Below are positions 25,401 to 38,900 of a stretch of 64,000 bases of DNA, one piece after another. This DNA is from Bugula neritina. Lineage: Eukaryota; Animalia; Bryozoa. The notes under the pieces are model-generated. The model worked only from the letters and a program-made list of their open reading frames with translations, did not search any database and had not been told where the DNA came from. Where the stretch lies: contig OZ037766.1 of NCBI GenBank assembly GCA_964035545.1, positions 28,565,673 through 28,629,672 of the forward strand, in the 5' to 3' direction. Each line of letters opens with the position of its first letter. The first letter of the stretch is position 1. The translations under genes were made by a program, and so were the position numbers.

Positions 25401-27680
25401 ACTAGAGCTGTGAGAGACACGGCCTGGTGTCGGGAACCTGGAGGCAGAAATGTTAAAAGATAAAATAAAAATATTTGACACTGAACAGAGACAGTTTAAT
25501 AAATTTACTTTATCTAACACAATTCACAATGCTGTTTAAAATATTCCTGTTGCCACTTGGTAGTTTAGTATTAGTTAGTGAATAAAACTCACGAAAGTTT
25601 AGAGCCGCTATCCCTGTGAGAAACCCCTGATGGAAAGAATTTTTTGTTAAGGCGAGTTAAGGACTTATTTAAATGAGGCACAGGAGCAATTATAACTGGA
25701 TGCTTTTTTTAACATCACCAACAGCCTTTGTCCGAGCTTGAACCCATGACCTTGTGTTTACTAGACAAACGCTCTAACCCCTAGACCACGGCTGCTCCCT
25801 TATTTTTTAGTAAATAAGAGCTTGCTTATTTTATATATTTATTGACATTATGTGCACAAATCTATAAAACATTATTTTGAGAGTTATGTAATTTAAACTT
25901 ATGGTTGTGACAAGATACAGCGTAATAAAGTAGTACAGCTGTTTGCTGGTTCCTTTTTTGTCAAGATATATGAAATTCCAAATGCAGCAACAGTTTATTT
26001 GAAACATGTAACAGCAAATTACTTAAAGCTACCACTTGAAAATTTTTAAAGATATTTTTACAATATACAGTTAAATAGTTATTTATTGTTTGATTAGTTT
26101 TTACAAAATAGTTACTAAAAACAGTACTATAACATAATTTTGCTGCATGTTGAACATAATTTGTCACAAACGGTACCACAGCGCCATAGTAATGATTATA
26201 ATAATATGAACCCACACTACAGAATGTCACATTCCCCTACCTTCAGAGCAACCAGTAGTAGTATCTAATTCAAAAACAGCACTAAAATATACAAATATTT
26301 TTTCTGGTCGACATAATATTTTGCTACCCTATGTACTACAGAGTCATAGTAAGGATGATATTAAAAATAACCACCACTATAAAGTGAAACACTCCCCTAC
26401 CTTTAGGGCAACCACCTTTGTCATCCATACACTGAGCACACAACACACTGTGACACATTTCACAAGCCATGGAGACTACAACACTTGTGTGTGTCTTGCA
26501 GTAACGTGGTTCAAGCCTATTCTTTTCTCTGACATACTCATCTATGTGTATGACATGATGATCAGGGAAGATATCTCCATGGCCCTGGTAATATTATATT
26601 ACAGCATTAACTCATAGGACACCCTAAGTTAATGTTTCCTACAAAAATACGTTCAGTTACAAATTCTAAAGTAATGTTTATGTAGCAAGCTAAGAGTGAA
26701 ACTAATACAATAATATAATCCTGTATTAGGATTCAAGCAATATAGAGAAAAATAATATGCAAAGTAAAACTTTCTAGTTCACAAAATCAATCAAATATAA
26801 ACACTTATGTAATGCAGTGTAGCCAATTTTTGGGTTTCAGTATAATGTATATGTTTTATATTTTATTATATAGGATTTGTATATCAGTCACTTCTCATGC
26901 TTTAAATCTCAAGTCATACGATCTTCAAATTGTAAAACCAGACTTTAAATCGTTTAAGTTGCAAAAACTACCTGCTGCCATGAAAGATTTTCACACAATA
27001 AAAACAAAATCTCAAACAAAACAAGGATCTTTTTTGCACTTCCTATAAGAACAGGTTTAGCAGATGAATGGCTGTAAGCGTATTGATAAACAGTTTATTG
27101 ACATTAAAAGACAATTAACAAAAGAAAGCAAACCTCTTGGTGTTTAGCACAAAATCTCCTACTACATTGATGGCAGTAAACTGTAGCCTTTTCTGTAATA
27201 TTCTTTTGTTTACATGAGTCACATGCTAAGTCAGCAGTATCTAGCGAGGGCAACTCTGAAATACTTGTATCATATGTGGCTCTACAATAACAGTGTTTTA
27301 TGGGATACGAAATTCTCTATATGATATGGTGCAAAATAAAATTTTGATTAATCAAGTAAAGTAACATTTTAAATTATTTAAGTATATCGATAATTTCTAA
27401 ACAAAATTAAATTAACAATAATAGTTGTTGACAAAGTATACTGCCATGAATAGCTATATAAAATAAATTGAATTATTTTTTCCCTGTTACCATAAGTACA
27501 GAGTTAGCATATGACAAACCTGCAGTTACCACATTTGAGAACTTTTGTTTTTTCCAAATATTTCTCAAGACAAGTTGAGCAGAAGATATGGGAACAAGGA
27601 AGTGTCTTGAGATTAACTGTGTGTTCAAAACAGTAGCCACAAATCTCAAGCTCAGCAGATATAATCGAACCAGACGCCAT
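19424..27680 (-). CDS. TRIM E3 ligase, copy 2 (same architecture), about 587 aa, 8 exons
   Basis: Exons (minus): 27680-27520, 27281-27134, 26584-26401, 25437-25241, 24950-24780, 24520-24412, 20559-19882, 19539-19424. Same sizes as copy 1 except exon 7 (+3 nt). Splice sites intact and frame open. Confidence 0.88.
20617..20812. mobile_element. 15-bp-unit MITE-like element (paralogous insertion to 2281-2399)
   Basis: Same units and same intron position as in TRIM copy 1. Confidence 0.55.
21005..21290 (-). repeat. Copia 3' LTR (only LTR retained)
   Basis: TGTTGA..TCAACA ends; purine-rich TGAGGGTGCG abuts it on the minus strand; starts exactly where homology to copy 1 breaks. Confidence 0.8.
22981..23270. 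repeat. 96-bp tandem repeat (about 3 copies, 45+51-bp subunits) inside the Copia IN-RT linker
   Basis: tcttgtggcatggtatt recurs at 22981, 23077 and 23173. Confidence 0.85.
25605..25800 (-). mobile_element. tRNA-derived SINE (family A)
   Basis: A/B-box head followed by a gcatccagttataattgctcctgtg core; absent from the copy 1 intron; relatives at 40210, 41705 and 45523. Confidence 0.7.
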
Positions 27681-28491
27681 TGACTGAAATCCAGAGAAAG
27701 AATGTTAACATTTATACGAACACTCAAGACTAGTTGCAACGTGACTATAAATTCTTTGCTATTCACATTGATGATAAAACTAAAAAGGATCATTGTCATA
27801 GTTAAACGAGTAAGACTATAAATTAATTAAATAACATTCGTATTGACTACAACTTCGACTTGTGAGTATCAGTGTGAAATTCATCTTGATTTAGATTGTC
27901 GAGTGAGATTCAAATTAGAAATCAGAAAAAAGTCATTGTGACTTCAGTAATTGCAAAAAGCTCAGTAGCAATAAAAAGAACTAGTACTAATAGTAATAGT
28001 GAGTAACCAGAGTCGGAGTGTGTATGACTGTATCTAATAAATTTACTTTGAAATTAAAAATTACTAAATTAAGCCAAACATTAGCAGTGTTTATTTTGAC
28101 TTCTAGAATTGTACATTTTATTAATTTATATAATAGCTAAGATAGTTAACCTGAACTTCTCCACAGCAAGCAAGGTGGCTGAAGTTATCGAAATAAAAAT
28201 ACAAGTTTATCTTCCAGTAGTAGAAATAAAACTGGACTTTTACAACAACGAAGGCAACACCCCTTTGACGGGAAATGCTTATCAATGAACTCTCGTGCAG
28301 CTTTGTGCAACAGTGATTATCATGGAGAAATGTTTTAATAGGAGGTTTTCGTTATCTCCCTAAAGTTTTCTAATTACATTGAGACTATAACTCCAAGTGC
28401 TTTATAACCTTGATGGCAGATGCAAAAAAGAATAAAATAAAAGATCATTTATATTTAAATTACAGTGCTGCATTAATTTATAATTTTTGTA

Positions 28492-28605
28492 GTCCCTGTG
28501 GTGGAATGGTTATGTAGTTGCTAACAAGTTGGAGGTCTCGCTTCGAACTCTAGTGACCATGGCCCACCCGTCCATGGGGCAAAATTTTTACAGATGGAAG
28601 CTATA
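28492..28605 (+). mobile_element. tRNA-like SINE fragment
   Basis: TGGTGGAATGG A-box-like and TTCGAAC B-box-like motifs. Confidence 0.35.
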
Positions 28606-29198
28606 TCACCTTACTTTTTATGCAAAATTACCAAATAACTGGCCAGGCATGCATGTGTTGCACATGTTATGCTAGGGTTCTGGTTATATTTCTATAGTTG
28701 GATAATATTTAGAGAGGGTAGAGATGTATTCTAATTAGCCAGCTATATAATATTGCGTTTTATAGTTATGTACTAATGCAAAATTGAAAGATTGCAATCA
28801 TGTCATCAATATTTAATTACCTACATAATATTTTGGTGTACTTCCAAATGTAGAGTGTAGTAATATGCTGTAAGACTCTAAGGTCTAAGCTCTATTAAGA
28901 AATAATATAATTGCACAGTATCATGTTCCACATTCATACTTGTCAAATAGAATGCAAGCATTAAAAATATTAGTAGTAGAAGTCAACTAGCAATGTTCAA
29001 TGAACCAATGACTGCAAAGTTTCCTTGTTTGATTAGCCCAGATAAAACTAGAGTATAATGCGCGTCTAGGACAGACACTTTTACAAACGCAACGGTTTAG
29101 GTTTTGTATACAACCAGGAATTTTCTAAGCTGGAGTTGAGAGCTAACTCTTGCTACTGTTAATCGTTTGTAGTTCTTTGAGTAGCAGGCTGTAGGTGC

Positions 29199-29250
29199 TA
29201 TATAAAGGAAATGGGTTGACTTCAAGCAGTGATCATTTCTACATGTAAGT
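29199..29250 (+). promoter_or_regulatory. Candidate core promoter and short non-coding first exon of the Roco-caspase gene
   Basis: TATATAAA at 29199, Inr-like TCATT at 29233, strong GTAAGT donor at 29245. Confidence 0.45.
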
Positions 29251-29999
29251 ATTTTTATAGTTCATAGTTCAGGTTAGTTGCGTTGTTGTCATTAAAAGTG
29301 TGTCTAGGAGGTATGGCTGAAGGATAGTGTATAGCAGGAGCACACAACTATGTTTGAAATAGGATTACTTGTGTTGGTTAAACTATCTTTTAGGGTCTCA
29401 CTTTTTGCCAACCAGTTACTGGTTTAGTGGTTTCTAAACATAATGATAAACTCATCACAACATAAATAAGTGTGAATATATTTTATTATTAACTAATTAG
29501 CAAACTGATTGATTGAGGTGATTGATCTTTTAGCTAGGAACTAAACTGTAATGCAAATATTGAAATAAGACTTGAGTTGTTAAAAACCTCCCCCTCTCCC
29601 TCTTCATAAAGTCATGAGTTAAACACTATAAATGTTGTACATTGTGCTATCTATGATCTACAAATATGGGTTCATATAATTCTACTAGAAGCTTATCTGG
29701 GCGATTTGTCTGGCCTCAACTTTTCAACTTAGATTTTGAAACCAATGAAAAAATAAACTTACAGTACCAAGATGCAGGGCACTCGGGAAGATTTTATTTG
29801 AAATTAGTCAATTTATAGACCAATCAAGAATTGTATGTTAAAATGTTATATTATCTTTTTATTATAGGTATACGGTTATACAATTCTCAGGTGTCACTTG
29901 GATGCTACAAGTTTCGATTATAGCCAATAATTGTATGAAAGTGTACAAATGCTGTTTTGAAGTTTATTCAATTTTATTCTTTAGCTTAGAAGGAAGAAA

Positions 30000-32900
30000 A
30001 TGGGTGGAATTATAAACCGTCAAGCTGATCCAGGTTAGTTTATGCAGTCACCTCAGTTATTAAATAGTGTCCACATTGCACAAAATAATGTTACAATCTC
30101 CAGCTACTAAATTTGTGAGCATAACTTCCGTTCTATTATATACATGTTTGTATATAATGGGTGGTGTGTGTTATCTGCTTGTTCCCTATGTGAAATGGGG
30201 CTAAAGTATAAGATTGAAGTTTACCCAAAAATATAATGTTTAATGTTATCCAATGCTTTCCCACTCACCCTATTGGCTTCAAAACCGCCATTGTCAATCA
30301 ATGATAAAAAATATGTTCACTAATTCGTGGGTGTAAGCTGCAACTTGACTATAGCTGATGCCCATTTATGAAGATAAGCATTTTTCTGACAAAGCAGTGT
30401 TTGTTGATTGGTTGAATCTTTAAAATAACCTTGAAATACCTGGCATTCTATTTACATAGAGGGAAAACTCTATACATATATAGCGTAGGGTGTTCCTATC
30501 AGAGCTTTATAGTGATAACACTTTGTATAAGCAGTATTTACCCTATAAACTATACACACTATAGCCTAACTAAGTTAATGGTTTATCAATTACAAACCAA
30601 TAAAAGTATATACATAGATGTATGTCTAAAATCTAAATATAGTAAGGATTTGTTATTGCATTAAATTTCAGCTGAGACAAAATTATGACTATGGATCGGG
30701 CATCAAAAGCAAGCAATGTGCTTTCCTAACTATTTTCTACTTTATGATTTTCAAATTTGTAGATAATGTCTGAGATATTCATTAATTAAGTGCTTTGAAG
30801 CTACTGAAAGTAAGAATTCATTGTTAAATCAAGGGCTTAGCTCTCATATTGTATACTTAGCAATCAAGCTATTATTACTAGAAAGCTTGACTATAGCATA
30901 CATACAGATTTACACCACTATTTCCTGTAAACTCCAAACCCCTATTGCCTGCATTTTACTTAAAACTTAACCATATTTTTAAAATAGAAATATTGCATCA
31001 CGCTCCTTTAGACAGTGGATCTTAATGTTGATTACTGAAATCTAAAATAGTTACTAGAAAATTATTGCTCTTGAAACTCTTGCAGCTAGAACTACTGTTG
31101 AGTGTATTCTTAACTTGGGCTTAGCTTTGTATATATGTATATATCGTATATAAAATAATTGTTACCGGTTAAACAAACTTGTTAGTTGGTGTTTATTTGA
31201 TGTGCTGCTATTACTAAAAAACTTTATCAGCTATGCAGTGTACAATTATTATGAAAACCATATTCAAATTGCTTTTACTCTTACTTATAATTTCAAAAGT
31301 TATATTTTAAGATAAAACCATTTTTGCATGACTTGTAGTTATTTCTTGTTCTTTCTCAATAACTAAACTATTATACATACCTATTACCTATATATTTGAA
31401 AGAAATTTATCTGTTTTAATAAAGTGATTTTCCTTTCAGAAAATTACACATCAAACATTAAGCTAGGTGATGTGTTAGGAACTACGAAAAGGTGTAAACA
31501 TAGAGATGTCTTAAAAGAGTATTGGGGTCAGCAGGTCAGCGAGATGCTAGTGGATGGAAGGCTTCCAGCTGCACTGTTTATGTGGTGGCATGAATCTCTG
31601 AGAATACTTCGTCTCAGAAACTTGAGCTCCACTGCAGACTTGTCAAGGTAAATTCAGTTTGATAACTTTTCAAGGTAAACTTAGTGTAATACCTTATATA
31701 TTTTTAAAATATTCTATAGATTGAGATTTTCTGCGCAGTAGTAACAGGTGCCTGTATTTGTACAGATGTTGAAAAACTTCAATACAGAAAAGTTTACTGA
31801 AAGTAATTTTATTTTGCTGATAGCATATATAAGCTTGATATTGCATATGCACATATAGATATTATTATGTAGATAACTGCAGAGCTATATGCAGTTTTAT
31901 TTCTTTGGGCATATGAATTTAAATGATTCGGCAATGCTATTCTAGCTGATAAATTGCAACCCAGCAATACTATCCTTATAAATTGCTACTGCAAGCTAGC
32001 AATGCTATCCTTATAAATTGCTACTGTAAATAAAACTGTATAAGAATAATTGTAAAAATCTTCTATTGTATATTTAATACAGCATTATATACAACTTCAT
32101 GTTTCAGCTGTTAAGGTATTATGGCAAACTTGTATTGTTTTAAATTATATTTTAACTGTTTAAGCTTAGCAATTAGAAAGTTATAGTAAATGTAGGATTA
32201 CTCTAACATATTTGTAATAGCTAAAGTGATGCGAGTTAATGTTTGGGAATTAAAATTGAATTTTTCTTTTAATGTTATTTGAAAAACTCGTATAGTTGAT
32301 TCATTTCGTAATGCTATTATTGTGTTAGTATTGTATTCTGCCATTTCATTTATTGCTAATCCATACTGGGAATATTAATATAATAATAGGTTGTTTACAT
32401 AACAAAAGTAAGAATTTATTTATTTATAGCTTGTCAAGACTAGTCAACCTGACTATCCTCAATTTGAATGACAACAACTTTAGCAAAGGATTCCCAGAAG
32501 TAGTTACATCACTTCCTTCTCTTAGAGCTCTGTGGATAGAAAATAGCAGACTAACCCAACTTTCACCAAGGTGAGCTGTATAAAATACACCTGAGTCGTG
32601 TCATTGTTTCTATTTTTTCTATAAAACTTACAATTAGTGATGTTTCATGGGGTTTCTGGTAGAAATGGCACATGTAAAATGGCACAGGTGAAGATGACAC
32701 AGGTAAAAATGGCACAGGTAAAAATGACACAAGTAAGACTGGCATAGGTAACAATAGCACAAGTAAAAATGGCACAAATGACAGAGTAGATAAAAATAGC
32801 ACATTTTCAATATTAGGATTTGAGATGGTGGTAGGGGTTTAGAATGGGGCTTAGCTTTGGAGATTGGGGTTTGAGTTTGGAGTTGGATTTAAAGGTTTGG

Positions 32901-35900
32901 GAAAATTTAACATTAATGTGCCATTCTTACCAACTTTTCCATTTGTGCCATTCTCACCTGTGCCATTTTTACCTGTGCCATTATTAGTTTCATAAATTAG
33001 GTATTTGTCTTTGAAACATAACTACCATTACTCTGCATAGCATAACTAACTTGAACTAGTTCTTATTGGTAGTGGTGACATATCAGCTATTTCTAGAAGT
33101 ACTGCTGATTGTTATAAAGTTTGAAGTAATTAAATTTTATTGCTCTTTTTTCAAAAATGTTGCTCATTTTTTAAAATTTAATGCTGAAACTTAATTGGTA
33201 ATGATTTTCCAAACGGCAAGCATAAATTTATTTCTTAGTCTGAATCAAATTTTTAGATCTTACACTTCGAGTTAGATAAATTAATAGGTGTTTCACTCAA
33301 AATATAAAAAATGATTAACAATAAAAGTTTTTTGTTACTTCAAATGTTCAAGTTAAAAACACTAAAATAGAAACACAGACCAGTGAGTGAAAAACAATTA
33401 ATTTTGTTTGGGTATAATGTGTAGCTCTTAAAATTAAACACTTTAAATGGAAAAGTTTCATTGGCTCAAGATGTTCATGCATTTCTGCTTTTTTATTTGT
33501 AGGCTATGCAAGCTGAAGAATCTTGAGCGTCTGTATTTGGATAATAACAATTTCAGTTCCGGACTTTCAGAAGCAGTTGCCTCCCTTGTATATCTTGAAG
33601 AATTATGGCTGAGAAACTGTAGGCTAACCTCTCTACCATCAAGGTTTGTGCTAAAAATGTTTTTGCAAATAATTGTGAAAAAAAGAGTTTTGTTTATTTT
33701 TTTCAAATAACTTTGAAGCAGTTTGACCTAATTATCTTGGAGATAGAAAGCAAAGAGCCAATTTGTGGTTAGCATAGCAAATATTATTTGATAACTACTT
33801 GTACCGTACCCAACTCTAATAGATCAGATGTTAGAAACTCAGACCATAAGAGTTATCTTGTCACCAGTTATAGTCTTGTGAGGCTGAATGCTGAAAGATT
33901 TTAACAAATCATGTATTTAGACTGATATAAACAGGGTATAGTTGATACTTAGATGATAGCTAGACTATACTTTAGTGATGTTTAGATAATACCTGGATAC
34001 CTAGGTGATACCTGGATAGTGCCTAGGCAATGTCTGATGCTACCTAGGGAATATTGTCTAGGTCATACCCATGCAGGTGATATTATCTAGGTCATACCCA
34101 TGCAGGTGATATTATCTAGGTCATACCCATGCAGGTGATATTATCTAGGTCATACCCATGCAGGTGATATTATCTAGGTCATACCCATGCAGGTGATATT
34201 ATCTAGGTCATACCCATGCAGGTGATATTATCTAGGTCATACCCATGCAGGTGATATTATCTAGGTCATACCCATGCAGGTGATATTATCTAGGTCATAC
34301 TCAGGTCATAATATCTAGGTCATACTCGAGTCATAGTATCTAGGTCATACTCAGGTCTTAGTATCTAGGTCACACTCAGATGATATTATTTAGGTCATAC
34401 TCAGGTCATAATATCTAGGTCATACTCAAGTCATGATATTTAGGTTACACTCAAGTGATGTCTAAGTAATGTTCCAGGGATATTTCTGTCTGTTTCAGCT
34501 TTGTTAGGTTGAGTCGTCTAAAGACCCTCGACTTGAGTGACAACAACTTCAGTTCTGGTCTGCCAGAGGTGCTCACGTCACTCACTGCACTTACAGATCT
34601 GTACTTAGAGAATTGCAAACTAACTGCTCTGCCTTTGAGGTAAGGGGATAAAGAGTAAATAAATTTTAATGTTAGAATTGTGAAACAAGTTGTAAAATAA
34701 TTGCCCCCACTGGGAATCGAACTCGAGCCCTCTGGCTTGCAAGCAAGTGTGCTACCATTACACCACGAAGGCCAAATGTGAAATGGTGCTCCATGATTTT
34801 GTATGCAAATATAAGTTTTTAAAAGTTCTACCGACATTACGCGTGAACTACTGAGTATTTGATTTTCAATATTGTAGTTAAATTATTGTAACGTCTACAT
34901 TATTTATTATTTTACCAAATAGTTGAGTTTTACTGTAGTTGAATTGCAATAATATATCAATAATATATACATTATGCATTATTCTACTACAGTATGTACA
35001 ACATGCAAATGTTGGATAGTCTCAGCCTACAAAACAACAACTTCAGCTCAGGTTTTCCAGAAATCATCACTTTCCTCAAGTTCTTAACAAGGCTAAACAT
35101 GCAGAGCTGTAGCTTGTGGGCTTTACCGCCTTTGTAAGTATTATCTAGAACTTTATATACTGATTCACTGACTACACTAGGTACAGAGGCTACAGCATTG
35201 CGATTAACAGATACAATCATAAACATAATAATTATTATCATAATGTTGTAGATCTTGAACTGAATAAATATGTTATTATTTTAACATAAAGTATTGCAAC
35301 TACAAATAGAACACATTTAATTTAGCTTTCCACCATTAAACTATGTGCTCAATATAAAGAGTTTTACAGTGTACCGATTACAATTTGTGGTACATCAGTT
35401 TTTAAAAATAATTATTAGGTTGTATGAAAATATACTATACTGTAATATACTATGCTGCATCATATACTACATTGTGTGGAATACAATGTATTGTAGTGTG
35501 CTGCATTGCATCGTGCTTCATGCTATTATATTGTATTATATCACATTATTGTGTTATATTTTGTTCTGTTGTATCATATGTCTTGATATAATCTTATAAT
35601 ATATTATAATGTATAAAATATTGATTACCTACATTGGCTATATAACAGAGTTGCAGTGCAATATAGCTTCTATAGTCTCAAATACAATATAATATCTTTG
35701 TAGACTGGCAAATCTTCAAAGACTTAGGATTCTAGAGTTGAATGGTAATGACTTTATCATTGGGCTGCCTCAAGTCGTCACATCATTTGAATCACTCATA
35801 TGGCTTAAGATAGGGAACTGCAGACTAACTTCCCTTCCTCCCAAGTAAGAGACCTCTTCTATATGTTATATAAGACTGTTACAATGTAATGTAATACCCC

Positions 35901-38900
35901 TACCTCAACTTGTATAATGTATTGACTGGAGAATATTGGTGAAATTATTTTACTTGTGATTAGTATATAGGCCTATTATGATTTTTTTCTTACAAACATA
36001 GTATGAATTACCATATGTTTCGGGTATACTAATCACTGCTAATCAACTGCACATTCATTCACTTTTACAACTTGCATAAGTGTAAGTGTCCTACAAGGAT
36101 CCTAGACATTGTACATTGTGACACTAGGCACTATGCAGTATGCATTGTGATAATTGATAGCTGTTTTTCCTAGTAATAAATAAAAGTAACACAACTCCAA
36201 AACAAAAAAATTAAAAGCAAGCCCTTACTTCAACGGCTGAAAAATTATCAAAATATTATATGACAAGTCGTAGAATTTTTAGCTCATCAGTGTTCAGCAA
36301 ATTATGACAATAGTCTTTAGTAAATTTAATATCTGGTGGCAAAAGACAAATTTTTTTATATAAAGATTAAAAAATATATAAGTTGTGCTAAAACTGGATG
36401 AGATTTTAATATTACAGACTTGTATAATTATTTAGCAGCTTAATATAATTAATTATTCTTTATTTGCTAACAAATTATTATCAATTTCTATTTTTTAGCA
36501 TTGAAAAGCTACAGCAGCTTAAGCACTTGGATTTGGCTGAAAATAATTTAACAACACTCCCTGAAAACGTGTGCAAGCTGGAAAAATTGGAGACATTGAA
36601 TTTGGAGAAAAATCCCCTTTTGGTGTCTTTGAATTTGCAAATGTTGAAGCTGAGTAACTTGAAAAAGCTAGATGTGCGAGAATGTGCAGCTTTGTCAAAT
36701 CCACCTAAAGAGATCTGCAAAGAAGGTTTGCCAGCCATCTGGCAGTTCTACAGAGATTTGGCTAAAAGCGATGGCCAAAATCAACCTCTGGTGACGGTTG
36801 CAATAATTGGAGCTGCTTTTGCTGGGAAAACAAGTCTAATCAGAACTTTACAAAATCCTGAAAAGGTTCGAGTTCTGACTGACCGAAGTCCTGATGCTGT
36901 TGTTGATGAAACTACGAAGGTGTTTAATATAGAAGAAGTAGAAGTAAACAACACAATTCTCAGACTAGTTGATATGGGTGGACAGGAAGTGTATCACATA
37001 ACTTATCAACTTACATTGAAACAAAACTGCATTCCAATTGTAGTTGTGAATATGGAGCATTACCGAAAGCAAGCTACAGCTTCTGGGCACAGAGAGGCTA
37101 CAAGAAGACTGGCATTTGATTGGTTGGCGCATTTGTACGTCGCGAATCCCGCCCTTGGTCCTGCTAAGCTTGTTTTGACCCACAAAGACAAATTTTCATC
37201 AGATGAGTTTACTCAGTTGAAAGAGCAGTTTATCATTACTGTGAATACAATTCGCAACGAAATTGTAAAAGAAGATGCAATTTGTGAAACAAAGTTAAAA
37301 AGAATTCAGCATTTCATTGACAGCGAAAGTGTTTTTGCTGCTCGAGATGTATACGAAATCGGAAAGAATGATAGCTATGCTGTGTATGATAAGTTAATAC
37401 TCAGCATATTTTATTCTTGTCAAAAGTTTACCAGAGTTCTGCCCAACATCTGGCTAGAGATTGAGGAAGTGGTCTCAACGCTCCCCTCTGTGTATAGTAC
37501 AGAAGATCAGATTATTTCAGAGCTGGATAAAGCTGGAAAACCAATGTTGCCAAGTGAATTACACACAATCCTAACATACATGCATGATAGTGGCAGCCTT
37601 CTAAAATATGAAGATATTGAAATTCTCAGGCCTTACATTTTTCATAAAATCTCGGAGGTTACGAAGTTGCTGACAGTTCTATACCACCATGATGACAAAG
37701 TTTGGCAAACAAGAAAACAAATGTTTCAACTCATAGCTTTACCTGGCGAAGAGGCACTAGAGAAAGAGCACTTTGAAAGTTTGATCTGGTCATACCAAAC
37801 AACTGGAGTTATGGACCAACAGCTTTTCTGCTATTTGATAAAAACAGAAACTGGGTTTAAAAGTGACGTGGATGCTCAGTTAGCTTTATCTCTCCTTCAA
37901 TCTTTCCGTCTGCTGTATGGACCACTAACTATAAATTCCAGACCATGCCTCATTGTTCCGTCTTTTCATTCTGAGTACCATCAGTCTAACTTTCAAATCA
38001 AGCAAGACATCACGTTGCAACATGAAATACTCTGCAAAGGCCTTCCAGTACCACTTTACGTTTATCACCAGATGACCGTGGACGTACTGAAAATGTTTTC
38101 AGAGAACACAAATTCTGTCTCCATAAAGAAAAACGGAGTCAAACTGTTTCACGATGGCTCGTTCCTCAATTTTGTCCATGACGCTTTTTCAAACAGAATT
38201 ATCATCCAAGTGGCATCAGCTGTGAGGAAAACTACGCATTCGTGGAGTAATCTGATTGATATTGTCAAGACTATTTCTGCCAATGTGGTTGAGGCATGGC
38301 CAGCTAGCAGACTGATGCACATTTCCAGCTGCTCCCATTGCCTTCTGATCAACAATCCTCATCCGGCAAGACAGATTTCTCCGGGCTGGTGCAAACAAAA
38401 TGCTTTCTCGGAAAAAGCTGTTTACCAGAAGTTCTACAGCGTGTTCACTGTCTTGTGTAATGGAGACCAGATACCAAGTCTTTTTGTCAATCCTTGTAAG
38501 TTATAGTTTCAAATTGAGGCTAATATTAGTTTGCTAAAGTTTTTAATATGTGTGGGTAAACCCAAAACATCAGATTCTATGACCATTCAAAATTTCCCAT
38601 TTTTAGAGCTACATTATTCAAAAAGTTTTTTATTTGTTACGTACACATAAAGGGGACTGAGATTAGCATTAAATCTTAAATGTTAGAAGTGTGTAAGCAT
38701 TATATTGGCGCTATTCCAACATGAATGACATGTAGGCTGCTGAATCAGCTATTGATCTTTTAGTGAAGTTTATTAGTTTTAAGGAAATATACTTTTGTTT
38801 TTTGCAGGCTTATTTTTAGATGACCATGAGATGAATCACCTCAAAAAAGTTGTGACCAAGTTGAAGAACAAATCAACTCAAAGCAGCCAAAGGCTTGCAG

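Noticed and set aside
34057-34288. 29-bp repeats as a CRISPR array
   Set aside because: Units are contiguous with no spacers, in a eukaryotic intron with no cas genes.
34703-34773. Functional tRNA-Ala genes (also 5706 and 63887)
   Set aside because: Anticodon stems pair poorly and the copies diverge from one another.
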